64,000 nt of DNA from Octopus vulgaris (GCA_951406725.2 OX597834.1:20956001-21020000), one strand, 5' to 3'; positions 13,322 to 26,620 are shown, counted from the first letter of the stretch. Notes: generated by a model not told the origin, from the sequence alone. A program made the numbers and translations.

Positions 13322-14441
13322 TTCACTCTTAGAATATTACATTTCATAGTGTTTAATTGGATTTTAAAATTATTAATTATATTTTAATTTTTTCTCCTCC
13401 TCCTATTTGATACGCTGAAATTTTATTATAAAATTTTTACAATTTTCTAAAAAAAAAAAATAATATAATAAAAAAATTTTAATATGGTATCTCCTCAAAA
13501 ATTAAAATATTTTCTCTCAGAAAAAAAAAAAACATATCTTTCAATTTTCTTCGTTTTTTTAAATGAAACAAAATTTTTTAAAAAAATTATTACAAATGAA
13601 AAGTTAAAATTCATCAAAAATTTCCGCGTATGTCATAGTGAATTACTAAACATATTTAAGATGTTAATCAAATTGGTTGATAGGTCATTTCAAAGGTAGA
13701 AAGATCTGCTTTTCATTGCTTTGCTAACCACCACAGAAATTCTTCAGAACATTTCTACAGCACCATACAAACCCTTAAATATTCATGAATTCCTAATCTT
13801 AGAAACCAATTTGAATTCGCTTACCAAATATTATTCCATCATGTTTTCTGGTCACAAATCTCTTTGGTCAGCATCACCATTGCTTGATATATTGGATTAG
13901 ATGCAAGTCTCTTCCATTGATGAGAAGCATAGTTTCCCTTCCCGCCTTTCTCTTCGCTTACCATTTATTATTAGTTTTTTTTTTTCCTAATGTATCAAAT
14001 TACCATACCAGTTCCACATAATAAAGCTTATACTTTGAGTCAGAGAAAAATCCTTCCCCCCGCCATAGCCAAACACCACCACCACGCCATCACAGATCAA
14101 ATTCTTAATTCACCTTCTCACAAAGTTCAGAGACTTTTGTCAGAAGTCTCATTCCAAAGGGAGAACAAAAAGAAAAGGAAAGAAAGAAAGAAAAGGAGAA
14201 TGAGAGGAGAAGTAAAGAAAATATTTATCTGTTTAAATGTCAAATCGTTCTCCATGACTCTCAGAATGTTCTTGCTTTCCTCTAAACTATTTCTTCTTTG
14301 GTGAGTGACAGTTTACTAAGCAGGCATATAATTTCATGACTATTTGACTCAACTCACAAATTAACAGTCTCTATACGAGTGTGTATGTGTAATAAAATGC
14401 TAGCGATTACTATTATCATTAGTAAAGAGTGAGAGAGCAAT

Positions 14442-15220
14442 ACATGCCATCAAAGTGACACTGGGGTACAAATATACAAAGCCCAAATTACTCATCAAGA
14501 CTGCATGTCTGATAGGGGCACACCAAACACATGCACGACATGGTGATCTTATATTAAGATAAACGGTGCATGACTGTGCAAGTGGGGCCCATCATGTAGC
14601 CCATTCTGCTCAAAAAATCCCTGAATGAGAATTGTTTAAGGATGTTGAATGAAACACCCATATTTGCAGAGGTGAATTATTTAAACCCCAAAGAATTCCT
14701 CTTAACACTTGGCTTTGATGTTCCCCCAATACTCCTGCTTGTGATCAGAGATTATTATTATCATGCCATCAAAGTGACACTGGGGTACAAATATATGAAA
14801 TCCGTTATACCCATCATAACTGCCCATCTGATAAGGGTACATCAGGTATATGTGCGTGACATGGTGATCTCATATCAAGATAAACAGTGCATGACCTTGC
14901 AGGTGGGGCCCAGTTAGAATTTTCATTGGGTCGAGTAACCCATCCCACTCAAAAGGTCCTTGAATAAGGGTTGTTTAAGGATGTTGAACGAAACACCCAT
15001 GTTTCCAAAGGTGAATTATCCAAACCCCAAAGAATTCCTCTCGATACATGGCTATGATGCTCCCCCACTACCTCTGCTTGTGATCAGAGATGCACATATC
15101 ATCAGCCACTAAGGGACATGCTCAACTGGTTAAGATGAGACAACTGTCAAGCAAATCTTTGGTAATGAGCAGAATGTTTGCTGTAGTCCATCTTTTATAC
15201 TAAGACAAAACAATGCACAT
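14442..15220. mobile_element. Unclassified interspersed-repeat-like element with a partial tandem duplication of about 310 bp
   Basis: catgccatcaaagtgacactggggtacaaatata at 14442 and 14762; gtgatcagagat at about 14741 and 15080. Confidence 0.7.
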
Positions 15221-15227
15221 GATGATG

Positions 15228-15318
<91 letters not shown>

Positions 15319-15319
<1 letters not shown>

Positions 15320-15500
15320 GGTAGGAGCTGGCAGAATTGTTAACACACTGAGCAAAATGTTTAGTGACATTTCATTCTGAGTTCAAATTCTGCCAAGGTC
15401 AGTTTTGCTTTTCTTCCTTTTGGGATCTATGAAACACATACCAGTTGAACATTGGGGTCTACGTAACTGACTAGCCCATCCACTCCCCACTAAAATTTCA
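15319..15500 (+). mobile_element. SINE family C, diverged
   Basis: gagctggcagaattgttaac...tctgagttcaaattctgccaaggtc. Confidence 0.8.
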
Positions 15501-15569
15501 TTAGCACACCTTTCAAGCTGTACAACCCATGCCAGCATGGAACATGGATGCCAAGAGGTGATGATGATA

Positions 15570-15950
15570 TGTATGGTAAGAAGTTTGCTTCCCAACCCCA
15601 TGGTTCTGGGTTCAGTCCCACTGTATGCCACCTTAGGCAAGTGTCTTCTACTCTAGCCTCAAGGCAGACAAAAGCCTTGTGAGTGGATGTGGTAGATGGA
15701 AACTGAAAGAAGCCCATCGTATGTATGTGTGTGGTGGTGGTGGGGTCTGTATTTGTCTGTTTGACAACCGGTGCTGGTGTGTTTACATCCCCATAACTTA
15801 GTGATTCAGCAAAAAAGACTGATAGAATAAGAACCAGGCTTTGAAAAGAAGCACTCCTGGGGTCGAATCATTCAGCTAAAAATTCTTCAAGGCAGTGCCC
15901 CAGTATGGCCACAGTGTAATGACTGAAACAAGCAAAAGATAAAAGAAAAA
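15570..15950 (+). mobile_element. SINE family A
   Basis: Homology to 5359-5757. Confidence 0.85.
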
Positions 15951-16771
15951 GAGACATGAACACAAAAAAAAATAAAGCAAGAAAAAAAGAATCCCCCCCA
16001 CCTCCCATAAACGTAGATATTATTACCATATAAGGACATCTCCCCTTCTTTACCAAATGTTTTATTTGCTTCAACCTTTTATTCACTAAACAGTCTTCAG
16101 GCTAAAATGTTAGGCCTACATGTAGAACAAGGAACGTATTATAAGGGGGGGGGGGAAAGAAAACGGAAAAGAGAACTAAAACCATTTTCTGATGGAAAAA
16201 GAAATTGGTAAAAAAATATGAAATAAAAGCACAAAATTAAAATGTTTGCCTTTCTCTGGAAATTGTGAGGATAATGTTAAAGTTTGGCACAGTAAAACAA
16301 CGCCTGATGTACACAGGTTGGTATGGAGCATTGGAAACTCTGCCTGGAGCACTGAAGCATTATTGCATTTTTCCCCTCTCTCTATATATAAGTGTATATA
16401 TATATGTATATATATATGTATGTATATATGTAAGCTTGTGTATGTGTGATTTGGTTTGCATGTGCAAGTGTCAAAATCTGCAAATGTGTGTGCGTGTGTA
16501 CATGCACTTGTTATTTGTGTTCATATAATGGTATTTGCGGATGCGTGTATTGGTATATACCCATATTAGCGTATATGTGCTCAGGCATATTTACACATAC
16601 GTAAATATATGTGTGTATGTGTATATATGAATGTGTGTGTGTGTGTGTATATATATATATTTATATGCGTGTTTATGTGTACATCATGCACATGCATATG
16701 TGTATATAAAATATATATATATATATATATAAATGCATGTATGGGTATTCATATATGTGCATGTGTGCATG

Positions 16772-16831
<60 letters not shown>

Positions 16832-16963
16832 ACTATGTTCATGTATGCATAAAAGTAATTTAATGTTACTACATGTTACATTTTTGCATGTGCACTGCAT
16901 GCTTAATGGCTGGTTTGGCATGCACATATATACTTGCACACATATATACACATATATATATCT

Positions 16964-17008
<45 letters not shown>

Positions 17009-17555
17009 AGGCCACATTTATATACATATATACATATATATATATATACAAACATACACACACATGCACACACATAGAGGGAGTTTTGAAATGTTGGCTG
17101 TGCATATATATATACATATATATATGCATAAGGTATTATATGCACATACGAGAGTGTATAATGATTAAAGCATTTTTACATATGTGCACACATTCTGTTT
17201 CTCTTTTGGGAACAAATACTTTTTGTGATAGGCGTATTTAAACTTTTAATAACACTCCAATGAATGATTAATTATATCAATATAGAAAATTCTGCACACA
17301 TATATTGTTGCTGCTGTAGTTGTTGCTGTTGTTAATATTTATGTGTGCAATATTATTTCATGCATTTAGTGTTGCACTGAAGCAGGGAACAACAAAATGC
17401 TGAGAGGTTATTAAAATATTGTTGCACGTATTATTTAAATTTTAAGCCCGAAAAAAAAAAAAAGAAATATCTATAAATATTAATACATACAGGAATACTG
17501 CAGTTTTGTGTCTTTCTACTGTGTGACAACACTGAATGAGGTATACAGAATGCTT

Positions 17556-17594
<39 letters not shown>

Positions 17595-17635
17595 ATAGAT
17601 ATATGTGTGCGTGTGTGTGTGTGTGTATGTATGTA

Positions 17636-17958
17636 TCATCATCATCATCATCATTTAGCTCCTGCTTTCCATGCTAGCATGGGTTGGACGGTTCAACTGG
17701 GGTCTGGGAAGCCAGAAGGGTGCACCAGGCCCAGTCTGATCTGGCAATGTTTCTACGGCTGGATGCCCTTCCTAACGCCAACTACTCCGTGTGTGTAGTG
17801 GGTGCTTTTATGTGCCACTAGCATAGGGGCCAGACGAGGCTGGCAAACGGCCACGATCGGATGGTGCTTTTTAAGTGCCACTGTCACGAGGCCAGTCAGA
17901 GCAGTGCTGGCAACGGCCACATTCGGATGGTTCTCTTACATACCACTGGCACTGGTAT
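17636..17958 (-). mobile_element. RTE 3' UTR fragment
   Basis: Matches 38835-39130; (CAT)n tail on the plus strand. Confidence 0.9.
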
Positions 17959-18144
17959 CGCTTTATCCGTTTACTAGTTTCAGTCACTGGATTGTGGCCA
18001 TGCTGGAGCACCACCTTGTATATATATGTATATGTAAAATAATAAATCCTAAAAAAACGAAGAACAAACACAATAAAAAAACGACAACACGAGGACGTGG
18101 TACATGCAAAGTATTAGCAGATGCTCAGGGAAGGAAAGAAAGGA

Positions 18145-18179
18145 GTTTTACATTTCGAGCAATGCTCTTCTTCAGGAAC
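18145..18179 (-). ncRNA. Minimal type I hammerhead ribozyme motif (Penelope pLTR-type) within an element at about 18036-18255
   Basis: Minus strand reads GUUC-CUGAAGA-A-GAGC auu GCUC-GAAA-UGU-A-AAAC: canonical core, stem II and a minimal stem III. Confidence 0.7.
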
Positions 18180-18489
18180 ATGAGACAGAGGAAAGTCCAA
18201 TAGAAAAAGAAGACAGAGGAAAAAAATTGCCAAACGATTCACATGTGGTTACACACTGAGGTCAATGTAATTGGCTATCCCCTCTGCCAAATTTTCAGGC
18301 CTTTTGCCTACACTAGAAAAGATTGTTGTTGTTGTTACTACTACTACTACTAAGTCTAGACCTGTGAATCTGGAGAGGGCACTTGCTCTCAGTGTTCAGG
18401 TAAATATCAAATGGTGGGGTTCCTCAATCATCCCTAAAAGTCATCCTGTATCAGGAGGGCTACATATATCTCTCTCAGCCTCCTTGTCA

Positions 18490-18644
18490 CCATTTTTCAA
18501 CAATCTAAGTATGTCACGAGGTTTCCAGACATAAGTTCTATTCACGTGTCGAGTTTCATCAAAATCAATAAAACGATGTAGAAGGAGTTAGATAACAACA
18601 CCACAAACAAACACGCACCAATTTTCCACTTATGTATTAGATAT

Positions 18645-18648
<4 letters not shown>
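18490..18648 (+). mobile_element. Possible Helitron/Helentron-type non-autonomous remnant (related piece at about 33945-34030)
   Basis: gagtttcatcaaaatcaataaaacgatgtagaaggagttag...tatgtattagat resembles the 3' regions of such elements. Confidence 0.35.
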
Positions 18649-18684
<36 letters not shown>

Positions 18685-18686
<2 letters not shown>

Positions 18687-18880
18687 TTCCACTTGTTTCA
18701 GTTATTTGACTTCAGCCTTGCTGGAGCACCGTCTTTAGTCAAATAAATCAATCCCAGGACTTATTCTTTGCAAACCTAGTACTTATTCTATCGGTCTCTT
18801 TTTGCCAAACTGCTAAGTAATGGGTGCATAAACACACACAAACATAAATATATGTATATACATACACACACACACACATA

Positions 18881-18915
<35 letters not shown>

Positions 18916-19072
18916 CAGGCTCCTTTTAGTTTCCGCCTACCAAATCCATTCACAACGCTTTGGTCGGCCTGAGGCTATAGTAGAAGACACTTGCCCAAAA
19001 TACCACACAGTGGGAATGAACCTGGAACTGTGTGGTTGGGAAGCAAGCTTCTTACCACACAGCCATGCCTAC
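18685..19072 (-). mobile_element. SINE family A, full length
   Basis: Reverse-complement homology to 5359-5757. Confidence 0.9.
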
Positions 19073-19109
19073 GCACACACACACACACACACACACATAC
19101 ACATTCACA

Positions 19110-19327
19110 TGAGCGGGTGCTGAAAAATTCCTGGTAATAAGGATATTACGAAAGGCTTAGTTGGAGGGCCAACCTTCCAAGTTCTTTTACAGACCTTAGA
19201 AAAACTGAAGGACTGCTGCAATAAGTGTGTGAATCTGAGAGGGCAATATGTTGAATAAAATCATAATTGATTGATCCTCCTGTATTTTCTTTTACCTAAA
19301 GCCAGGAACTTTTCAGTACACCTTTTG
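19110..19327 (+). mobile_element. Mariner-derived MITE (internal deletion derivative)
   Basis: TIRs ggtgctgaaaaattcctgg / ccaggaacttttcagtacacc; interior translates LEKLKDCCNKCVNLRGQYVE*, like a mariner transposase C-terminus. Confidence 0.75.
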
Positions 19328-19346
19328 TATGTATATCCTTTGTATT

Positions 19347-19820
19347 GGGTGCACAAGGCCTCAAATTTTGGGGAAGGGACTAGGTTGATTATGTTGACCC
19401 TAACAATCTTTTCTTGTGAACGGTAGGAGAGTCCAGTTTGCTGGACATTGTTGTAGAGCTGAAAAAGAGGTAATTTCTACTCTTCTCCTCTGGAAGCCAT
19501 CTACTCGCAATACCAGAGGGCGCACACTCTCCTACCCTGATGTAATCTCCAGGGATACAGGCATCCAGCAACAGGACCTCCGCAATGCCATGATGGACCG
19601 TGAAGCCTGGCGTAGCATGGTAAATTCCATTGTCTCGACCACGGTTGAACAATGATGATGATGATGATGTTGACCCCTGTGCGTAACTGGTTCTTATTTA
19701 AACAACCATGGAAGGATGAAAGGCAAAGTCAACTCTGGCAGAATTTGAACTCAGAACATAGTGGCAGAGGAAATACCACTAAGCATTTTTCCCAGCATGC
19801 TAACAATTCTGCCAGCTCAC
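19347..19820 (-). mobile_element. SINE family C interrupted by a LINE fragment
   Basis: SINE homology on both sides of 19401-19666. Confidence 0.8.
19401..19666 (+). mobile_element. 5'-truncated RTE-like LINE (second family) with (TGA)n tail and 10-bp TSD
   Basis: GRRVQFAGHCCRAEKEVISTLLLWKP...MDREAW; TSD ATGTTGACCC at 19391-19400 and 19667-19676. Confidence 0.88.
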
Positions 19821-19867
19821 AGCTTTTGTATATATCTAACATGTTATATATATATGATGGTAGTGTA

Positions 19868-20247
19868 GGTGTAATGGCCCAGTGGTTAGGGCAGCAGACT
19901 CGCGGTCATAGGATTATGGTTTCAATTCCCAGACTGAGCATTGTGAGTGTTTATTGAGTGAAAATACCTAAAGCTCCATGATGCTCCGGCAGGGGTGGGG
20001 AACGAACCCTGCTCTACTCTTTCAACATAACTTTCCCTCACTCTTTCTTCCTGTTTCTGTTGTACCTGTATTTCAAAGGGGCCAGCCTTGTCACACTCTG
20101 TGTCACGCTGAATCTCCCCGAGAACTACGTTAAGGGGACACATGCCTGTGGAGTGCTCAGCCACTTGCATGTTAATTTCATGAGCAGGCTGTTCCGTTGA
20201 TTCGGATCAACTGGAACCCTCGTCCTTGTAACTGACCAGAATTCCAC
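19868..20247 (+). mobile_element. SINE family D, full length
   Basis: A box TGGCCCAGTGG, B box GGTTTCAATTCC; homologous to 9645-9808 and 26406-26568. Confidence 0.9.
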
Positions 20248-20796
20248 GATATATAGATATATAACGATATGTCTGTAGGTTTTTGTAAAGAGGAAGATTT
20301 TTATGAGGTCTGGTCAGCAATAATAATGGGTGTTTCACTTGAAAACCAACACCAAACACCATCAGCACTACTGTCGAGACACTTTCAAAGGAACTTGTCG
20401 AACCCCTTACAACGCCCTATATCACACAAACACCACACACACACTGCCCCTGTCTCCTAAGTAATTTAGGGGGTAGATAAATAACAGGATATGTTCAATG
20501 TTTTGACTACATCTTCAATGGACTCTGTCTGTCTGTCTCTCTCTCTGTCCACTACCTTCGCCCCCGCCCCCACCACCACCACCCCTGGATATTCTTACTG
20601 TTGCTAGAATTACAAGACAGTTTTCTTTTTCGTTGTTTGTTGTTGGTTGTTTGTTGTTGTTTTTTTTTGTATAAGAAGGCTTTAAACTGTATTACTTATA
20701 TTTTATGTGGCATGTGTCATCTTTCATTTAAGTTCTTTTTATGTTGGCTGGGCGCGGGGGGGGGGAGGGATGGGGGGCTGGAATATCTGTTGTTGG

Positions 20797-21074
<278 letters not shown>

Positions 21075-22053
21075 TCGGAATAAGGAAGTGTAAGGAAAGA
21101 AATACAATAAAAAGAACATACACAATAAAAAAAAATATCATACACAGACACACACATGAATAAAAAAAAAACAAAAAAAAAAACAAATAAGAAACAATAA
21201 ACAAGTAAACAAAAAATAAAAAAAAGCCCGGGTGATGAAGAATGGAGGTAAAAGTTATTTATGTGTAGAAGAGGTGGAGTGAAAAAGGAGAAGAAAGAGA
21301 GAAAGGCAATAAGGAAATCCCCCCTCACCCCCACGCCGGAGCTGAGGAGGAGGAGGAAAAGGAAGGAAAGTTTACTAATGAGCTAACTTATATGACAAGA
21401 TTCTTGTATGTCTTGGTGTCCTCATCCTTCAAATCTCTCTCATTATAATGTTTTATTCTTCTACTGTTTACTGTCGGTGTGGGGGTGGGCGAGGATGGAT
21501 TGTCAGTCTTATAAATAATCCTGCTTTGAAATGCCAACAAGACACGACGCCCCTCTCCAAGCCAGCAAAGGTGCTTCTATGTGGTCGTCTGAATTGCTAA
21601 AAATAGCAGCTAAATTATATGCTCCCACCCAGCCATGCACCCACTACCTCTATAACCATATTACTCTTACCATTTTCATTTATTCATTTATTTGTGTTTT
21701 GATGGGTGTTGGAGACGTTTTGGCACAGCTTTTGGGTGCCACCTCTTTGACATGGCTGACACAACACCAGCTTACTTGACATCAAACATTTCAATGTTTC
21801 TCTGCTTTTCTCTCTTCTCTATCTTTGTCTCTCTCTCTCTTCTTCCCTTTCTCCTCTCCCAGTCTGTATCTATCTATCTATCTATCCATATATATATATA
21901 TATATATATATATTACAGAGATGTACTTGCATAGCAAGTAATTTGATCTGAGATCGTGTGCTGAAACAAAAACAATTGCAGCGTGGAAGGTGTTTGTAAG
22001 CCATTTAAGAAACACACAAAAGCCGTTCGATTCACTTTAACATTTAAGTTTAA

Positions 22054-22104
22054 TTTGTCAAAATATTTTCGTCACTTTAAGACCGCGACCTGTTCACTGA
22101 CAAA
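22054..22104 (-). ncRNA. Variant minimal hammerhead ribozyme (G3:C8 core), left arm
   Basis: UUUGUCA-GUGAACA-G-GUCGC ggucuuaaa GUGAC-GAA-AAUAUU-U-UGACAAA. Confidence 0.65.
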
Positions 22105-22126
22105 AACGAGAAATGCAGTACGGATT

Positions 22127-22177
22127 TTTGTCAGTGAACAGGTTGCGGTCTTAAAGCGACGAAAATATTTTGACAAA
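22127..22177 (+). ncRNA. Variant minimal hammerhead ribozyme (G3:C8 core), right arm
   Basis: UUUGUCA-GUGAACA-G-GUUGC ggucuuaaa GCGAC-GAA-AAUAUU-U-UGACAAA. Confidence 0.65.
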
Positions 22178-22218
22178 TTAAACTTAAATGTTGAAGTGAA
22201 TCGAACGGCTTTTCTGTG

Positions 22219-22260
<42 letters not shown>

Positions 22261-22302
22261 CACACATGGACACATACAAACACACTCATATGTACATTTT
22301 TT

Positions 22303-22655
22303 TATTCTTTTACTTGTTTCTGTCATTTGACTGCAGCCATGCTGGAGCACCACGTTTAGTTGAACAAATTGAGCCCAGTGCTTCCTTTTTTAAAGCCTGG
22401 TACTTATTTTATCGTTCTTTTTTGCTGAACTGACAAGTTACAGGAACATAAACACACCAACACCGGTTGTCAACTGATGATAGAGGAACAGAGACAGATA
22501 CAAAGACACTCTCACACATAATGGGCTTCCTCACAGTTTCCATCACAGTTGGTCAGCAAATGACTATAGTAGAAGGCACTTACCCAAGGTGCCATGCTGT
22601 GGAACTGAACCCAGAACCAAGTAGTTGGGAAGCAAACGTCTTATCCATGTGGCCA
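22303..22655 (-). mobile_element. SINE family A, diverged
   Basis: Reverse-complement homology to 5359-5757. Confidence 0.82.
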
Positions 22656-23484
22656 CTTTGTCACTTTAACCAATACAAAATAGTAAAATACACACACACA
22701 TCCATACGCACGTATACATACGCACACACACACGTATACACACATATACATACACACACACACACGCACACATATGTTGACTAACGATTAATTCTGAGAC
22801 TGTAGCCTGATGACTGACAGTGTTGTAAAAACTACTGCAAAAACATGGTTTTAAGTTCCACTCTGTAGAAATGGATATGGACATGTCTTGAAACCCGGCA
22901 CCAAGACCTGATTGGCAATTATGGTAACTAAAACAGTATCATATATCATAGCACGGGAGGTAGAATCGGATTATCTTTTGGTTAAGAAAATCCCTCAAAA
23001 ATAAGCAAAGCAATATCCTTTTGTTTAGTTCAGGTTCTCAACTTAGCTACTCTGCTGTAAATAGTCAGTTTTGGTTAAAATATATTTCGAGTTTTGCAAA
23101 AACACAAGACTATCATTGAAGATCTTCTTAAAGTTTGTGTAACTTGTTTCAACAGCTGCTCATTAGATAATCAATAATGGGATTAGTATTAGGGATTTAA
23201 AAGATAATTACAAATAAAGAACGTATCTTCCGTTTCATCTACTTGTAATGGTTTGTTTTACGTCTGTTCTTCCATGCTAAGCATGGGTTAGAGGAAAAGC
23301 TGCTATTGAGGAATTGCTTGAAGCTGGATGCTCTTCCTGTTGCTAACCCTTACCTGTTTTCCAGGTAAGGTGTCTCTTAGGGAAAGTGACAACAATGCCA
23401 TTGTTTGTAGGGATTTCTGAGAAACAAAAGTGATAAATAAACTTCAGCACATACAAACACACGCACATATATATTATATACATA

Positions 23485-23896
23485 GGCGTAAGAGTAGCTG
23501 TGTGGTAAGTAGCTTGCTTACCAACCACATGGTTCCGGGTTCAGTCCTACTGCGCGGCACCTTGGGCAAGTGTCTTCTACTATAGCCTCGGGCTGACCTA
23601 AGCCTTATGAGTGGATTTGGTAGATGGAAATTGAAAGAAGCCCGTCGTATATATATATGTATATATATATATATATGTATGTATATGTGTGTGAGTTTGT
23701 GTGCCTGTGTTTGTCCCTCCAACATTGCTTGACAACCGATGGTGGTGTGTTTACGTCCCCGTCACTTAGCAGTTCGGCAAAAGAGACCGATAGAATAAGT
23801 ACTAGGCTTACAAAGAATAAGTCCCGGGGTCGATTTGCTCAATTAAAGGCGGTGCTCCAACATGGCCACAGTCAAATGACTGAAACATGTAAAAGA
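23485..23896 (+). mobile_element. SINE family A, full length
   Basis: High similarity to 5359-5757. Confidence 0.92.
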
Positions 23897-24245
23897 TGTA
23901 TATGTGTGGGGGAATAGGCAACAGTTTTTTTTTTCAATTACTAACTACCATAATTCATTCACAAATGCTTTCAAGAGCCTGATGTGTTAAGTGGAAGACA
24001 CTTGTTCAAAGAGCGGCACATTGGGATTGAACTTACGAGCATGTGATTACAAAATGAACTTCTAAACCACATGAGCATTCTTGCACTTTCAATAAACAAA
24101 TGTATGACACTGCATGTACGACAGTGAGGTTTGTTTACAATTAACAAGTGATATGAGGACAAGGAAATGGAAACAAATTGACTCCAGGACATATTTTTGT
24201 TAAGCCTTGTATAAACTCCATCAGTCTCTTTTGCTGAACCACAAA

Positions 24246-24603
24246 GTGCTGGAGCACCGCCTTTAGTCAAGCAAATCGACCCCAGGACCCATTCTTTGTA
24301 AGCCTAGTACTTATTCTATCGGTCTCCTTTGCCGAACTGCTAAGTTACAGGAACGTAAACACACCAGCATTGGTTGTCAAGCAATGCTGGGGGAACAAAC
24401 ACAGACACACAAACATATACACACACATATACATATATATATATATATATATATACGATTGGCTTCTTTCAGTTTCCGTCTACCAAATCCACTCATAAGG
24501 CTTTGGTTGGCCCGAGGCTATAGTAGAAGACACGCAATAGGACTGAACCCAGAACCATGTGGATGGTAAGCAAGCTACTTACCACACAGCTACTCCTACG
24601 CCT
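24246..24603 (-). mobile_element. SINE family A, near full length, inverted relative to 23485-23896
   Basis: Reverse-complement homology. Confidence 0.9.
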
Positions 24604-25306
24604 ATGTATATAATATATGTATATATATATGTGTGTGTGTGTATAAACACACACACATACATATATACATACAAACACACGTGTATATACATACTTACGT
24701 TTACATAAATGTGGTCCAACAAATGGTGGCATGGAAGGTGGACATTTGAAGATGTCGATCTGTCTGTCTGTCTTTCTGTCTGCCTGCAAATGAATGTTGG
24801 CATGGGAGATTAGGAGAATTCTACCTAATGGTACCAATTGAAGTGGGGTCAATGTCTGAGAGGGAATCAGATCAGTAAGTGAAAAACCCGGTGCCGTACA
24901 CTCAACCTTTACCTCTTCTCTTCGAGAGGTCAAGAAATAACAGAATAAACATAAAGGAGGAAACTATAAAGCTATGTTTATTCAAACTTACTAAAAGAGA
25001 TGGCATTATTTCCTCTCTCACTCCACACACACACACACACACACATACACATGCATATGCATAGACAGAGTCGGAGGCACACATTCTTTGATAAAGACAT
25101 ACATCTCTCAACATTCTCTCTTCAACTCCTTGCCATATTCTTTCTGGAGGCACCAATGTTAATTGGACAATTACCTCGCTAAACGAGATGTAAAATGTAG
25201 CTTTTTTTGTTTTGTTTTATCTTTGTACACACACACATCTATGTATGTATGTATGTATGCATGTATCTATGTATCTATCTATATCTATCTGTCTCTCTAC
25301 CTATCA

Positions 25307-25338
<32 letters not shown>

Positions 25339-25621
25339 GTCTGTCTATATATATATATCATCATCATCATCATCATCATATATCATCATCATCATTTAAC
25401 GTCTGTGTTCCATGCTAGCATAGGTGAAAGTCATAAATGACAGAAAGATATTTACACAGACACATACATCCTCACACACATATACATATATGTATATACA
25501 TAGATATATATATATATGTATGCATATATATATAATATATGCAGAATTACAAATATACATATATGTACACACACTCACACACATACACACAGACATACAC
25601 GAACATGTCTTCATACATGTG

Positions 25622-25669
<48 letters not shown>

Positions 25670-25809
25670 CATATATATATATACATATATACATATATAT
25701 ATATGTACACATACACACATATATATACATATATACACATAGACGCAATGTGTGTGTATGTATGTGTGTCTGTTACATATGTGCATGTGTGTGTGCGTGC
25801 GTGCGTGCA

Positions 25810-25848
<39 letters not shown>

Positions 25849-26271
25849 GTGTGTGTGTGTGTGTGTACAGCCAGAAATATGTTGCTGTTTGAGTGCTCTA
25901 ATAACATCAGTGAGACCATTTCAATATCAGTTTCTGCTTGTCAATCTCTGTGACTGTCAGTCATTATCTGTCTGACTGTCTGCTCCACCCCACCCACCCT
26001 ACTCCTACCCCCACTCGTGTCTCTGTCACTCCTCTCCACACACACTCTCTCTCTCTTCCTCTCTCTCTCCTCACACCCTCTCTCAGTCTTTTCCCCCTGC
26101 ATCCCCTCACATACAGCCACGGAGAATTCAAATTAATATTTGCAAATATTCTTGGAAGTCATTCCTTTATGTTCTGTTCCGACTTTTCCATTCTTGCATA
26201 ACCTTCCTCTATCTATGAATCCCAGAAAGTTAAACATTTATGTGTGTGTGTGTGTCTTTGTATATATAGAC

Positions 26272-26303
<32 letters not shown>

Positions 26304-26405
26304 GCTTGTAAATATATATGTATATGTGTGTGTATATATTTGTTTTGTTTTGTTTTGTTTTTCCAGTTTCAGCTCTTGAGCTGTGGCCATGCTGGGGCAC
26401 CGCCA

Positions 26406-26568
26406 TTGTGGTGAAACAGTACAGCAGGGATCACCACCCCCTGCCGGAGCCTCGTAGAGCTTTTTAGGTGTTTTCGCTCAATAAACACACGCAACGCCCG
26501 GTCTGAGAATCGAAACCGCGATCCTGCGACCGCGAGTCCGCTGCCCTAACCACTAGGCCATTGCGCCT
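26406..26568 (-). mobile_element. SINE family D, head
   Basis: Homology to 19868-20030. Confidence 0.88.
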
Positions 26569-26620
26569 CTACATATATATATATATATATATATATATGA
26601 TGTAAGTATATGTATATATG

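Larger units (their letters stand above)
21914..22223. mobile_element. Palindromic Penelope-like pLTR-derived element adjoining (TA)n; arms 22008-22106 and 22125-22223
   Basis: 99-bp arms with 4 mismatches and an 18-nt spacer; single-arm relative at 55668-55803. Confidence 0.8.

Noticed and set aside
13815-14310. Possible exons at donor-like sites (minus-strand GGTAAGCG twice; plus-strand TTG|GTGAGT at 14301)
   Set aside because: No convincing acceptor or recognisable peptide
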